Assembly (NCBI GenBank): GCA_026395895.1
Contig: JAPLXV010000021.1
Span: 1-54,700 of the forward strand
Length of the DNA stretch: 54,700 bases
Source of the DNA: Candidatus Nomurabacteria bacterium
GTDB lineage: Bacteria > Patescibacteriota > Minisyncoccia > Phycocordibacterales > UBA9973
Direction: 5' to 3'
Shown here: one piece after another, positions 10,554 to 20,976 of the stretch
How positions within the stretch are numbered: position 1 is the stretch's first letter
How the letters are laid out: every line of letters starts with the position of its first letter
Notes under the pieces: generated by a model
What the model saw: only the letters and a program-made list of their open reading frames with translations
What the model was told of the DNA's origin: nothing
The model's database searches: none
Program-made: the position numbers and the translations under genes

Positions 10554-10997
10554 ATGAAAGTAATTTTTTTACAAGATGTGCCTAGGGTAGGTAAAAAATA
10601 CGATATCAAAGAAGTAAATGATGGTTATGCCATAAATTTTTTATTTCCTAAAAAATGGGCCACTCTCGCTACTCCTAAAGCTGTAGCAGAAATTGAAAAA
10701 TATAAAAAGAATATAATTATAGAGAGGGAAGTGCAAGAAGAACTTTTAATAAAAAATCTAGAGGAAATAAAAAATAAAACGATTACTATCAAAGCCAAAG
10801 CTGATGAAAAAGGTCATCTTTTTTCTGCTATTCATGAAAAAATGTTAGTGGAAGCGATGGAAAAAGAATATCACGCTCTAATAGATGAAAAATTTATTGT
10901 GCTAGAAAAACAAATAAAAGAAATAGGAGAATTTGAAATCCCGATTGTTATCAAAAACAAAAAATCTTCGTTTAAACTTATTGTGGAGAAATTATAA
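10554..10997 (+). CDS. rplI: 50S ribosomal protein L9
   Basis: MKVIFLQDV..GKK..EVNDGYAINFLFP, G.LFSAI. Confidence 0.95.
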   Translation: MKVIFLQDVPRVGKKYDIKEVNDGYAINFLFPKKWATLATPKAVAEIEKYKKNIIIEREVQEELLIKNLEEIKNKTITIKAKADEKGHLFSAIHEKMLVEAMEKEYHALIDEKFIVLEKQIKEIGEFEIPIVIKNKKSSFKLIVEKL

Positions 10998-11026
10998 AAA
11001 ATCTTCACGAGAGGGGATTTTTAGTT

Positions 11027-11299
11027 TTAAATTACATTTACTATTTTTTTGACTACCGTTCTGCCATTAAATGATGTCTTTCGTCTGGAGCCAAATTTGA
11101 CTGTTCCGGGTTTAAGAGCAAAAAGAGTATGATCTTTGCCCATAGATACGTTATTACCAGCCATTATGACTGTCCCGCGTTGACGGACGATAATAGAGCC
11201 AGACTGCGCTTTCTGACCATCAGCAAGTTTAGTACCAAGGTACTTTGGGTTTGAATCTCTTAAGTTTTTCGCCGTTCCGCCGGCTTTTCTATGTGCCAT
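11027..11299 (-). CDS. rpmA: 50S ribosomal protein L27
   Basis: [32 protein letters not shown]. Confidence 0.97.
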   Translation of the reverse strand: MAHRKAGGTAKNLRDSNPKYLGTKLADGQKAQSGSIIVRQRGTVIMAGNNVSMGKDHTLFALKPGTVKFGSRRKTSFNGRTVVKKIVNVI

Positions 11300-11418
11300 T
11301 TAATTAGTTTGTTAGGTTCTAGGTTCTAGCTTCTAGTTAAAAATAAACAGAAAATAAAACAATAGACTAATATTTAAAAATTATTTATAATAAGACAATT
11401 AAGAGTATAAACAATTAT

Positions 11419-11790
11419 ATGGAAAAAATCAAGCAATTTACGGAAAGTGATAAAGGAAAAGATATATTAGTTATTATCATCATTATTTTAGTGGGTTTGG
11501 GCTCATTTGAGCTAGGTAGACTATCAAAAAACAGCTCTTCGGGCCTTAAAATTGAATATCCGAGCCAAGAAAGCAATGTCTTAGAGTCTATAAATCAAAA
11601 TCCGACTAAATTAGCTCAAAATTCAACAAAATCAAATTCAGGGAATTTTTTCGCCTCAAGTAGGGGAACAAAATATTATTCTATAAGTTGTTCAGCGGGG
11701 AAAACTATTAAAGAGGAGAATAGAATATATTTTAATACATCTACAGAAGCACAAAGTGCCGGATATGAACTTTCTAGCGCATGTAAGTAA
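11419..11790 (+). CDS. Membrane-anchored protein with C-terminal Ada-like metal-binding domain
   Basis: N-terminal TM; ASSRGTKYY..C..IKEENRIYF..EA..AGY..C. Confidence 0.65.
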   Translation: MEKIKQFTESDKGKDILVIIIIILVGLGSFELGRLSKNSSSGLKIEYPSQESNVLESINQNPTKLAQNSTKSNSGNFFASSRGTKYYSISCSAGKTIKEENRIYFNTSTEAQSAGYELSSACK

Positions 11791-11861
11791 TATCACCCTA
11801 CCGGAAAGATATATTGTGGGACACGATACTAATTAAAATATAAGGCCCAAAAGACCCTTCC

Positions 11862-12185
11862 CTACGGCCTATTGACGGTAGGTGCATTCAATTCGTAGTC
11901 TGTTGGCTGACCGTCACGAATTCTTTCCATATTATTTATAAAAGATTTCCAAAAAATATTTATAAAAATATCATTCCATAAATATGATGCAGGCGCTTTA
12001 AAATAATCATTCCATAAATTTCTAGTCCCTCCCCCGACATAGGTTATGTTCTCTTGCGCAGTAGGGCTTTCTACGACCGATTTAACACTTATATTAAAAT
12101 AACTAAGCACAAAAATAAGAATGACCGCCAAAAGTAAAATCCCTATAATACTTATTCCTCTTTCCAATTTATTAAAATTAAACAT
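11862..12185 (-). CDS. Small membrane protein with prepilin-like N-terminus
   Basis: ERG|ISIIGILLLAVILIFVL hydrophobic helix. Confidence 0.6.
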   Translation of the reverse strand: MFNFNKLERGISIIGILLLAVILIFVLSYFNISVKSVVESPTAQENITYVGGGTRNLWNDYFKAPASYLWNDIFINIFWKSFINNMERIRDGQPTDYELNAPTVNRP

Positions 12186-12196
12186 TTTAGTTTTGA

Positions 12197-12343
12197 TTAG
12201 AAAACACTATTAAATAACGTCTTTATCCAATTAAAAACGTCTGACAAACTAATCTTAAAATATTTCATTATAAATAAAGCGATAATAATAAAAATTATTA
12301 AACGTAAGAATCCTCCTTGTTCATTTTTTAAATTATTAATCAT
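12197..12343 (-). CDS. 48-aa prepilin-like membrane peptide (not in ORF track)
   Basis: MINNLKNEQGGFLRLIIFIIIALFIMKYFKISLSDVFNWIKTLFNSVF; TAAAAT 6 nt upstream of ATG. Confidence 0.6.
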   Translation of the reverse strand: MINNLKNEQGGFLRLIIFIIIALFIMKYFKISLSDVFNWIKTLFNSVF

Positions 12344-12396
12344 CCTTTTATTTTACCACTTTTACTTATAAGGAGGCAAGCCCGCCTTGACTCGCA

Positions 12397-13689
12397 TTAT
12401 AGGCGAGGCAGGTAATACATAGGGTCAAGGTAAGCGTTGATTGGAGCGATAGGTTGCGTAAGGATTCTCCCTGGGCAAGACTTACTTGGCACACTTTTTA
12501 CTTCCACAGCGTCCTTAGCATAAATTGAAACATGTAGATGCGGTCCCGTAGAATAGCCAGTATTGCCACTATAACCAACAACTTGTCCACGAGATACCTT
12601 ATCCCCTATATTTACTTTTATAAGCGATAAATGCCCAAAAGTACTAGCTAGACCATCATTGTATTTAATTAAAATAAAACGTCCAAAAGAAACTCCTGGG
12701 CATTGAACATCCGTATTACCAGTACCAGCCACCACACCATCTGCAAGAGCCTTAACTGAAGTACCTATGGAAGCGCGAAAATCGACACCATTATGGCTAC
12801 CATTTGCATAAAGACGTTTTCCTGCCTCTGTTTTACCAAAAAGCTGAGTAATATAAATATCATCTAGTGGCCAACTTAATACTCCCCCGTTAGGAAGTTT
12901 AGAAGGATCAAGAACATATTGTAACTGTGATTCATAATCACGTAATTCTTTTTCAAATGCATCTTTTTTGGCTAATCTATCTTTTAATAATTTTTGATAA
13001 TTGGTTTCGCTGTTTTTTGTTTGGGTCAGAAGTTTCTTTTTTTCTGCAGTATTTTGATCTACAATTTTTTTCTGGTCTGCCAATTTAGATTTTAAGGCTA
13101 CTAATTCATTTTTAGCGTCTGTCGTTTCTTTTCTAGTGTCCTCTAAATCACTTTTCATTTGTTTTAATTCAACTATCATTTGTCGAATTTTATTACCAAC
13201 AGCAACCATGTTGTCTATATCATTCCAAACTACCGTAAAATTATTTTCTGATAAAATAGTGGCTAATACATCATTTTGTTCAAATTCGTTTATTTGTCTA
13301 ATACTTAAAGATATTGCATCTATGCTATTTGAGATACGTTCTTGTTTATTATTTATTTCCAGGCTTAATTCTCGTATTTTGAGATTCGTTTTATCTATTT
13401 TATTTTGAGTTAAAGAAATATCAGCCACTAATTTTTTTCTAGTCAAGTCTAACTGTTTGATAGAAACATTCAATGAATTTTTTTGTTTTCCTAAACCATC
13501 TAACTCTATTTGATATTGCTTGATTTCTTCTTCTAGTTTACTTATGTCTGTATTTTTTTGACTTATTTTATCGCTCAGTTCTTGAGCCGTTTGAGCATAA
13601 GAAAAAACAATAGGAATAGTTATCAAAATTCCTAAAAATAATACAAATATATATCTATATAGCCTTTTGTAATCGTAATAAAGTTTCAT
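12397..13689 (-). CDS. Coiled-coil M23 family peptidase
   Basis: TM/signal, long coiled coil, HNGVD, GHL, STGPHLH. Confidence 0.9.
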   Translation of the reverse strand: MKLYYDYKRLYRYIFVLFLGILITIPIVFSYAQTAQELSDKISQKNTDISKLEEEIKQYQIELDGLGKQKNSLNVSIKQLDLTRKKLVADISLTQNKIDKTNLKIRELSLEINNKQERISNSIDAISLSIRQINEFEQNDVLATILSENNFTVVWNDIDNMVAVGNKIRQMIVELKQMKSDLEDTRKETTDAKNELVALKSKLADQKKIVDQNTAEKKKLLTQTKNSETNYQKLLKDRLAKKDAFEKELRDYESQLQYVLDPSKLPNGGVLSWPLDDIYITQLFGKTEAGKRLYANGSHNGVDFRASIGTSVKALADGVVAGTGNTDVQCPGVSFGRFILIKYNDGLASTFGHLSLIKVNIGDKVSRGQVVGYSGNTGYSTGPHLHVSIYAKDAVEVKSVPSKSCPGRILTQPIAPINAYLDPMYYLPRL

Positions 13690-15072
13690 TTTTTCCTAAA
13701 ATCTCGGCAATAATGAAAGGATCTGGTGATTTATCAAGTCCTGAAAGGGCGTAACGAATAGGGTGCAATACTTCTCCCCTGCTTTCTGATTTATTAGCTA
13801 TTTGCATCAAAATATTTTTTATATTTTCATTTGTAAAATCTTTTTCTTTTATCTCTTGAAGTGCATTTATAGCCAGTTTTAAATTTTCAGTTATTTTTTC
13901 TATAGAAGAATTCTTAAAGACTAGTTTTTCTTTTGCATATTTGGGTTCTTTATAAAAAAAGTCTAGTTCTCCCCTTTCTAACATCCCTTTTATATCTGAC
14001 CACTTGGAAATTCTCTCAAAAATTATTGGAACAATTTTCTCTATTTTTAATTCTTCCGGTAAATATTCAAAAATATTTTTTCTCAGCTCTTCAATCGAAA
14101 GTTTTTTCATATGCTCTTTATTTATCCAATCTAACTTATCATCATTCCATTGAGCCCCGGAATGCCCTACGCGAGAAATATCAAAAGCCTTTATTAATTC
14201 ATCCATTGTAAAGATTTCCCTATCATCTCCCGGATTCCAGCCTAAAAGTGCCAAGAAATTAATCATTGCTTCCGGCAAATATCCTTCATTTTTATATTCT
14301 AAAATATCTTTAGCGCCATCTCTTTTGCTTAATTTTTTATTCCCCCCTTCTCCCATAATTGGAGGTAAAGTAGCAAAAAGAGGAGGTTTGAAATCTAAAG
14401 CTTCATATAAAGACAAAAATTTGGGAACAGAAGAGATAAATTCTTGGCCACGCATTACGTGAGTCACACCCATTTCGATATCATCAACAATATGCGCAAA
14501 GTTATATGTTGGATAACTATCACTTTTTATTAAAATAAAATCATCTAAAGCTTCTGGCCCGGCAGATAAATCTCCATAAACCAAGTCATTCCATTTAAAA
14601 CTTTTTATTTCGGGTACTTTAAAGCGAAGCGGTTTAAGTACCCCGCCAGAGGACGGGCAAGCATCCCAAATATCAAATTTTTCTGGCCGATGTTCTCTAA
14701 ATAAAAATGGCTTTTTTTCTAATTCAGCTTTTTCGCGAAATTCATCAACTTCTTCTTCGGTATATGGATCAGGATAAGCTAAACCTTTATCTATTAAAAT
14801 CTGCGCGTATTTTTTATATAAATCCAATCTCTCTGATTGTAAATATGGGGCGTGTAGTCCTCCGATATTCGGTCCTTCGTCCCAATTAATTCCCAACCAT
14901 TTTAATGATTCAATAATATGGTCAATTGAACCTGCCACTTCCCTTTCTTTGTCATAAAGGTGCCTTTATTTTTCTTGGCCCAAAGCCAAGCATATAAAGC
15001 AGTGCGAACGCCACCTACATGCATAAAACCTGTCGGCGAAGGCGCAAATCTTGTAACAACTTTCTTTTCCAT
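13655..15072 (-). CDS. gltX: Glutamate-tRNA ligase, frameshifted by an apparent ~19-nt deletion at 14953/14954
   Basis: [21 protein letters not shown] starts at 15072 in another frame; LRIEDT missing before DKERE; KLSKR present. Confidence 0.9.
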
Positions 15073-15088
15073 CTATCTATTTTAGCAT

Positions 15089-16219
15089 TTATTTTTCGTG
15101 ACTCAAAGCCATATCAACAAGCTCGCGGGCGATTTTGTAGGCAGCGTCAGGTTTGTTATATGCTTTAGCGCTTTGCGCCATTTTATTCCAAACATTTTTA
15201 TCATTCACGATTCTTTCAATTTCCGAACTCAAAATATTGGCCGTCATATTCATTTCTTCAATAACGTTACAAGCTCCAGTATGGGCATAACTAAAAGCAT
15301 TTTTCCTTTGATGATCTCCGTTGGTAGTGGTAATCGGAACAATAATAGACGGTACACCCCAAGAAGCTATTTCAAATATAGTTGACCCTGCCCTAGAAAC
15401 AATAATTGTTGCCACTCCAGCCGCCATTTTCATAGCAAGAGGATTTAAAAAAGCAAAAGGTAAATATCTCGATTTTTCTGGGCTAGGAGCAAGAATTACT
15501 TTTGCTTGTCCATTAACGCTTTTAAAATTATTCACTCCCGTTTGATGTATAATTTGAAAATTCTTTACAAGTCTTGGTAAAGCATCAAGTACCGTATTGT
15601 TTATAAGTTCTGCGCCCTGAGAACCACCTAAAATTAAAACAACTGGCAAATCTGATTCTAATTTAAAATATTGTAATGCTTCATTACGTGGAGCAGAATG
15701 TTCTATTTCGGTTCTGATTGGATGTCCCGTCCAAGCAACTGTTTTTTTAGGAAAATAATCGGCTGCTTCTTTAAAAGAAACAGCTACCCTTTTAGCAAAA
15801 TGTCCTGCCCATTTATTTACTCGGCCTGGTACAGAATCTGATTCATGAATAACCACAGGAATACGTAGAATTCTGGCTGCTAGAATAGCTGGGAATGACC
15901 CATAGCCACCTTTCCCAAAAACTACATCTGGATAAATTGAAAATATTTTATAAATGGCATTAATCGTACCAAAAAACATTTTAAAAATACCAATGAAATT
16001 TTTAAAAGAAAAATAAGTGCGTAATTTCCCTGCTTTTACTTCTTCATACGAAAGTCCATTTTCTAAAAGCATTTCTTTATCGTAAGGACTATCAGAAAAA
16101 TAATAAAGCTTGGCGCCTAATATTTTATCTTTATCTATTATTTGGTTGACTTTTTGAGCAACAGCGATAATTGGATAAAAATGTCCACCTGTTCCTCCTC
16201 CTGTAAATACTATTTTCAT
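15089..16219 (-). CDS. murG: MurG N-acetylglucosaminyl transferase
   Basis: TGGGTGGH, HES, GGSQGA, SRAG, HQ..NA; start MKIVF at 16219. Confidence 0.93.
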   Translation of the reverse strand: MKIVFTGGGTGGHFYPIIAVAQKVNQIIDKDKILGAKLYYFSDSPYDKEMLLENGLSYEEVKAGKLRTYFSFKNFIGIFKMFFGTINAIYKIFSIYPDVVFGKGGYGSFPAILAARILRIPVVIHESDSVPGRVNKWAGHFAKRVAVSFKEAADYFPKKTVAWTGHPIRTEIEHSAPRNEALQYFKLESDLPVVLILGGSQGAELINNTVLDALPRLVKNFQIIHQTGVNNFKSVNGQAKVILAPSPEKSRYLPFAFLNPLAMKMAAGVATIIVSRAGSTIFEIASWGVPSIIVPITTTNGDHQRKNAFSYAHTGACNVIEEMNMTANILSSEIERIVNDKNVWNKMAQSAKAYNKPDAAYKIARELVDMALSHEK

Positions 16220-16229
16220 AAATTTTTTA

Positions 16230-17333
16230 TTAATTATTTTTCTGCTGAAATTTTGATATCTGAAGCACCACACCCATGGCTATAAGATATATCATAAGCG
16301 AAGTACCTCCATGGCTCATAAAAACTAACGGCACCCCTGTCAATGGAAAAACTCCGGTCACAGAAGCGATATTCATAAACGATTGGGCTACAATCAGTAT
16401 AACAATTCCAGAAACCAAAAGTCTACTAAATAAATCTGGAGAATTTCTGGCAATACGAAGACCGCGCAGAAGAAAAAGCAAATAAAGTATTATTATGGCA
16501 ACGCTTCCCACAAAACCAAGTTCTTCACCTACTACAGCAAAAATAGAATCTCCTTGCGGTTCTGGTAAATAACTAAATTTTTGAATACTTTGACCATATC
16601 CCCTACCAAAAATCCCTCCGGAACCGATAGCGATTAATGATTGTTGAATTTGATATGAAGAACCTTGGGGATCTTGCGATGGATCAATAAAAGTTTTCAC
16701 TCGTTCCTGAAGATACGGAGTAAAATATACAAGAAATCCGAAAGCAATAATAGTGATTGTTCCTAACAATGTAATCCATTTTAAGGGTACACCAGAGATA
16801 AAAAGCATACAGGCTCCAGTAAGCACAATTAGAATAAAACTTTTTGTATCTGGTTGATTAAGTAAAATAAAAGCTATAATTGCCAGTAATACAATAAAAG
16901 GAAGAAACCCAAATTTGAAATCTTGCACTCTATTTTTTGCCCAAGAAAGCCAAGCAGCAAAATAAATGACAAATCCAAATTTTAAAAATTCAACTGGTTG
17001 GAATCTTACCGGTCCGAGTTGAATCCATCTTTCCGCTCCTAAATGACTCCATCCCAAACCCGGAACAAAAACTGCCGCAGTTAAAAATATTGACCCTAAA
17101 AAAATCCAAAAAGAATATTTGCGCCAAAATTTATAATCTATTTTAAAAGCAAAATACATGCCAATAAAACCAAGTCCAAATCCAAGAATTAATTGACTAA
17201 CCAGTACTGAATAAAAAGTGGTCTCACTTTTAGCTAAAATTCCTAGAGAGGCGGAAATAAAGATAGCCGCTCCGATAACAATCAAAAGAGTGACAACAGT
17301 TGCAAAAAATTTATCTACTTTTTTTTCTTTCAT
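16230..17333 (-). CDS. ftsW: SEDS family cell division protein FtsW
   Basis: RWI, FQPVEFLK, QPD, YQ..QS..AIGSGG, EELG, P.TGVPLVFMSHGGTS. Confidence 0.92.
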   Translation of the reverse strand: MKEKKVDKFFATVVTLLIVIGAAIFISASLGILAKSETTFYSVLVSQLILGFGLGFIGMYFAFKIDYKFWRKYSFWIFLGSIFLTAAVFVPGLGWSHLGAERWIQLGPVRFQPVEFLKFGFVIYFAAWLSWAKNRVQDFKFGFLPFIVLLAIIAFILLNQPDTKSFILIVLTGACMLFISGVPLKWITLLGTITIIAFGFLVYFTPYLQERVKTFIDPSQDPQGSSYQIQQSLIAIGSGGIFGRGYGQSIQKFSYLPEPQGDSIFAVVGEELGFVGSVAIIILYLLFLLRGLRIARNSPDLFSRLLVSGIVILIVAQSFMNIASVTGVFPLTGVPLVFMSHGGTSLMIYLIAMGVVLQISKFQQKNN

Positions 17334-17334
17334 A

Positions 17335-18387
17335 TTATCGACTTATCACTGCTAAAATTATTCCTATAACAGAAAAAGCGGCAGAAAAAATCCAAAAACG
17401 CATAGTCACTTTATAAGATGGCCAGCCAAGCGCTTCAAAATGATGATGAATAGGGGCAAGTCTAAATATTTTTTTTCCGTTTCTTAATTTTTTTGAAATC
17501 ATTTGTAAAAGAACAGAACCAGAACTTATTACCAAAGGCATAGCCACAACTGGAAGAATTAAAACTGAATCAGTTAAAAATGCTAAAGTGGCTAAAGTAA
17601 TAGTAAGACCAATAATACCCGTCTCTCCCATATAAAATCTAGCTGGTGGAATATTAAACCAAAGGAAAGCTAAAATAGCTCCAGTGACAACAGCCGAAAA
17701 AGCGGCAATATCTATTTGATTATTGGCAAAAGCTATCATGGAATATGCGGCAAAAATTGAAGCAAATACTCCACCTGAGAGTCCATCTATTCCATCAATT
17801 ACTCCGCCCGAAAAAGTAGCCAAGGCAACTATGATGAAAAATGGAATAATTAAAACACCTAAATATAAATCTCCGTTAAAAGGAAGATGTATTGATACCA
17901 TTCCTAGTTTATAGTAAAACCAAAGTCCGATTAAAAAAGAAATAATTATAACCAATAATGCTTTCCATTTGCGCCAAGATTTATCATCGTGAGCAATTTT
18001 TCCTTGACCATAAATCTGTATCAAGTCATCCCAAAGTCCTAAAAATGATCCAAAAAGCAAAACAAAAAGAGGAATTAATGTTTGATTATTACTTAAGAAA
18101 TTAATTTTCTGTGTTAAATCAGAAGGAAAAAAAATAGAAAGCAAATAAAAAATCAAAGTCGATATAAGTATGGAAACCCAAATAATTATTCCACCTACTC
18201 TGGGTGTTTTTAGCTCATCATCCTCGTTGTGAATTTTTTGAAATTCAGTAAGAGTGGCACCATTGCGAGAATATTTTTTCCACATTTTGTACTTAAAGAA
18301 AAAATAGGTGGCAAATGGTGTAATAAAAAGCCCTATCAATAAGGCCACCACCGTTGGCAGAAAGATTTTAACCAAATTCAAAAGCAT
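17335..18387 (-). CDS. mraY: Phospho-MurNAc-pentapeptide transferase
   Basis: TP.GG, DD, DGIDGL, FN.PPAR.YMGETG, APIHHHFE. Confidence 0.92.
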   Translation of the reverse strand: MLLNLVKIFLPTVVALLIGLFITPFATYFFFKYKMWKKYSRNGATLTEFQKIHNEDDELKTPRVGGIIIWVSILISTLIFYLLSIFFPSDLTQKINFLSNNQTLIPLFVLLFGSFLGLWDDLIQIYGQGKIAHDDKSWRKWKALLVIIISFLIGLWFYYKLGMVSIHLPFNGDLYLGVLIIPFFIIVALATFSGGVIDGIDGLSGGVFASIFAAYSMIAFANNQIDIAAFSAVVTGAILAFLWFNIPPARFYMGETGIIGLTITLATLAFLTDSVLILPVVAMPLVISSGSVLLQMISKKLRNGKKIFRLAPIHHHFEALGWPSYKVTMRFWIFSAAFSVIGIILAVISR

Positions 18388-18394
18388 CCATACA

Positions 18395-19261
18395 TTATAA
18401 CACAGATATAATCTTTTCTACATCAGAAAATCTACCTTCTGAGCTTGAACCTAGAATGGTAATAGCGATATTATGACCATATTTATTCTTATATATTATC
18501 GTCAAATTACCTCCAGCTAGTGGAGTAAGTCCCGTTTTAGAAAATAAAATATCGGGGATTTTATCTAAAATATTACTCGTATTTTTTATATCATGATTAA
18601 CCCCAGATTCAGATTTTATATTTATTTCTGGCATTATACTCGCCCCAAAAATTTCTGGATATTCTTCAAATACATACAGAGCCATCACATTCACATCCTG
18701 AGCAGAGGCATAAGCACCGGCAAATTCATTATCAATATCTAAGCCCGTAAAATTAAAAAACAAAGTATTTTCCATCCCAATTTTTACTGCTTTGTCATTC
18801 ATTTTTTGTAAAAAATTATCTATATTTTCAGTCAGAGCATAAGCGCCATCATTAGCAGAACCCACTAAAGTAAATTTAGCTAAATCTTCAATCTTAAATT
18901 TCTCATTAACAAAAAATCCATACTCACCTTCTTGTTTGAGCGCTTCTGGAGAAATTGATATAACATCATTCATATTATGATTATTTAAGGCGGTAACAAC
19001 AGTCATTATTTTAACCAATGAAGCAATAGGCATTTCTATTTCATCATTCTTCCCATAAATTTTTATATTCGAGGTTTCGTCATAAATAGAAAAAGCTTTG
19101 GCTTGAACTGGAATATTCGCTAGAATATTTTGTATTTTGGTTAAATTGTTTTCATTATTAAAAAATGCAAGATTTAACTTATCATTTCCAACAGAAAATA
19201 AAATTGCCTCTAGGGCAAGAATAATTAAAATAACAAATAAATAATTATTTTTCTCAGGCAT
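18395..19261 (-). CDS. D-Ala-D-Ala carboxypeptidase (S11)
   Basis: SLVK, SAN and KTG motifs; N-terminal TM. Confidence 0.85.
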   Translation of the reverse strand: MPEKNNYLFVILIILALEAILFSVGNDKLNLAFFNNENNLTKIQNILANIPVQAKAFSIYDETSNIKIYGKNDEIEMPIASLVKIMTVVTALNNHNMNDVISISPEALKQEGEYGFFVNEKFKIEDLAKFTLVGSANDGAYALTENIDNFLQKMNDKAVKIGMENTLFFNFTGLDIDNEFAGAYASAQDVNVMALYVFEEYPEIFGASIMPEINIKSESGVNHDIKNTSNILDKIPDILFSKTGLTPLAGGNLTIIYKNKYGHNIAITILGSSSEGRFSDVEKIISVL

Positions 19262-19811
19262 CAGTTTCGTTCTTTAGCTCTTCTGCTAAATTTTGTGAGG
19301 CAGATTCAATTGAGTTATTAACCAACTCATAGTCTGGTAATTCTTGTACAGATTTCACTCCCATAAAAGAAAGCAGTTCAAATGTAGGGTGATAAATATA
19401 GCGCCTATTGTCCTCAGGGTCAATATTCTTCTCTATTAGCCCTCTAATAGAAAGAGCCCGTAAAGTAAAGCTGGAATTCACTCCTCGGATATAATCGATC
19501 AAAGATCGACTTACTCCATTTTTGTAAAGAATAATAGATAATGTTTCCAAGCTGGCTTTAGAAAGTTCTTTATTCAATTCTTCTTTCTGTAATTTTTCAA
19601 TTAAAGCAGAAAATTCCGGTGCTGTGCCGAGCGTAATATCGTTTTCTTTTTCCTGTAATACTATTCCCCTACTTTTCAAATTTTCTTTTAATTTTTCTAA
19701 ACCTTCGTTTATTTCTTTTTGCCCCACACCCAAAAATTCGGCTAGTTTTTTTCTAGACATCGGTTCTCCTTTGAAAAAAAGTATTGCTTCAATTTTTTGT
19801 TCTAAATTCAT
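19254..19811 (-). CDS. scpB: Segregation and condensation protein B
   Basis: IEAILF, LSKASLETLSIILY, IDYIRGVNS, ELP. Confidence 0.93.
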   Translation of the reverse strand: MNLEQKIEAILFFKGEPMSRKKLAEFLGVGQKEINEGLEKLKENLKSRGIVLQEKENDITLGTAPEFSALIEKLQKEELNKELSKASLETLSIILYKNGVSRSLIDYIRGVNSSFTLRALSIRGLIEKNIDPEDNRRYIYHPTFELLSFMGVKSVQELPDYELVNNSIESASQNLAEELKNETDA

Positions 19812-19832
19812 GATTGATTTAAAATTAATAAT

Positions 19833-19929
19833 AAAAGAAAAGATTTTGAGGGGTTTCGAGGCTGACGAGCCGAGAATTTCAGGATTTTTTAAGCTTCAAA
19901 AAATCCGTACCGGTAAAATTTTTTCTTTT
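19833..19929. repeat. Imperfect branched inverted-repeat element between scpA and scpB
   Basis: aaaagaaaagatttt..aaaattttttctttt ends; inner ggatttttt-aagcttc-aaaaaatcc. Confidence 0.5.
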
Positions 19930-19933
19930 GTTA

Positions 19934-20674
19934 TTAATTTTTTGAATTTTCAAAATTTTCCTCTTTCTTAATAATAATATCTTCAAAACTACCATTTTGT
20001 ACTGCGTGAAGTATTCCTTGCCTGACAAGTTCTAGCATAGCAAGAAAACCGATAATTACAACTATTTTCTCTTCTTTAGTTTTGGCATTGCCGGCAAAAT
20101 CTTTAAAATTCATCTGTAATGTTTTTTCAATTCTTTCCGTCAATTTAGAAATCATTTCTTCTATACTGATTACTTTCTTCACTTCTACTTCTGGCAAAAC
20201 AATTTTTTTAGGAATCCTACCTAATGCATCCTGAGCAAAAATCATCATGCTTTCTTTAGTAATCTGGTCATCCGGTAAAAATATCAATACTTCATTTTTT
20301 CTTTCAAGTGGCGCAAAAATTATTTTCTTCCCAAACATTTCTTTAATATTTTTTGCAAGTTTAGTATAAAGTTCGTAAAGTTTTAATCTTTCTTCTAAAT
20401 TATGGATATCTCCTTCTTCCTCAGTAGTTAAATTCAAATTCGGCAAAAGTGATTTTGATTTTATTAAAATGAGCGTAGCTACCACCACAATAAAACTGGA
20501 AATCTCAGATGGGTGAAGTTCCCCCAGTTTTTTTACATAATTCAAATAATCTTCGGTCACTTGTGCCAAGGACAAGTCATTAATAAAAAACTTTCTTTCT
20601 TCTATCAAAGAAAGCAATAAATGAAATGGCCCCTCAAAAGCCTCCGTTTTAATTTGATATGTTTCAGTTTCCAC
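19934..20674 (-). CDS. scpA: Segregation and condensation protein A
   Basis: FEGPFHLLLSLI, IKSKSLLP, FLAMLELVRQG. Confidence 0.92.
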   Translation of the reverse strand: METETYQIKTEAFEGPFHLLLSLIEERKFFINDLSLAQVTEDYLNYVKKLGELHPSEISSFIVVVATLILIKSKSLLPNLNLTTEEEGDIHNLEERLKLYELYTKLAKNIKEMFGKKIIFAPLERKNEVLIFLPDDQITKESMMIFAQDALGRIPKKIVLPEVEVKKVISIEEMISKLTERIEKTLQMNFKDFAGNAKTKEEKIVVIIGFLAMLELVRQGILHAVQNGSFEDIIIKKEENFENSKN

Positions 20675-20681
20675 CTTTGTA

Positions 20682-20939
20682 TTATAACATATTTATACCT
20701 TCTTTTCTCAATATTTCCTTCTTCTTTTGTCCTCCCTTATTATACCCGCCGGGTTTTCCATCGGAACGAATAACCCTATGACATGGGATTTTTGGGTTGT
20801 GGTTTTTATTTAGAATATTTCCAACAGCTCTACTTGCTTTCATATTCCCTGCCTTTCTTGCTACTTCCTTATACGTCAAAACCTTCCCTTTTGGTATTTT
20901 CTTCACAACCTCATAAACTTTTTCTGCAAAAGATTTCAT
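20682..20939 (-). CDS. Methylated-DNA-protein-cysteine methyltransferase (single domain)
   Basis: IPKGKVLTY, RAVG, active-site PCHRV. Confidence 0.9.
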   Translation of the reverse strand: MKSFAEKVYEVVKKIPKGKVLTYKEVARKAGNMKASRAVGNILNKNHNPKIPCHRVIRSDGKPGGYNKGGQKKKEILRKEGINML

Positions 20940-20947
20940 AATTCTAT

Positions 20948-20975
20948 ATCCTTACAAACTCCAGTTTGTAAGGAT
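20948..20975. repeat. Palindrome copy 1 of 3
   Basis: ATCCTTACAAACT-CC-AGTTTGTAAGGAT; ends just before the ArsR-like stop codon. Confidence 0.9.
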
Positions 20976-20976
20976 G

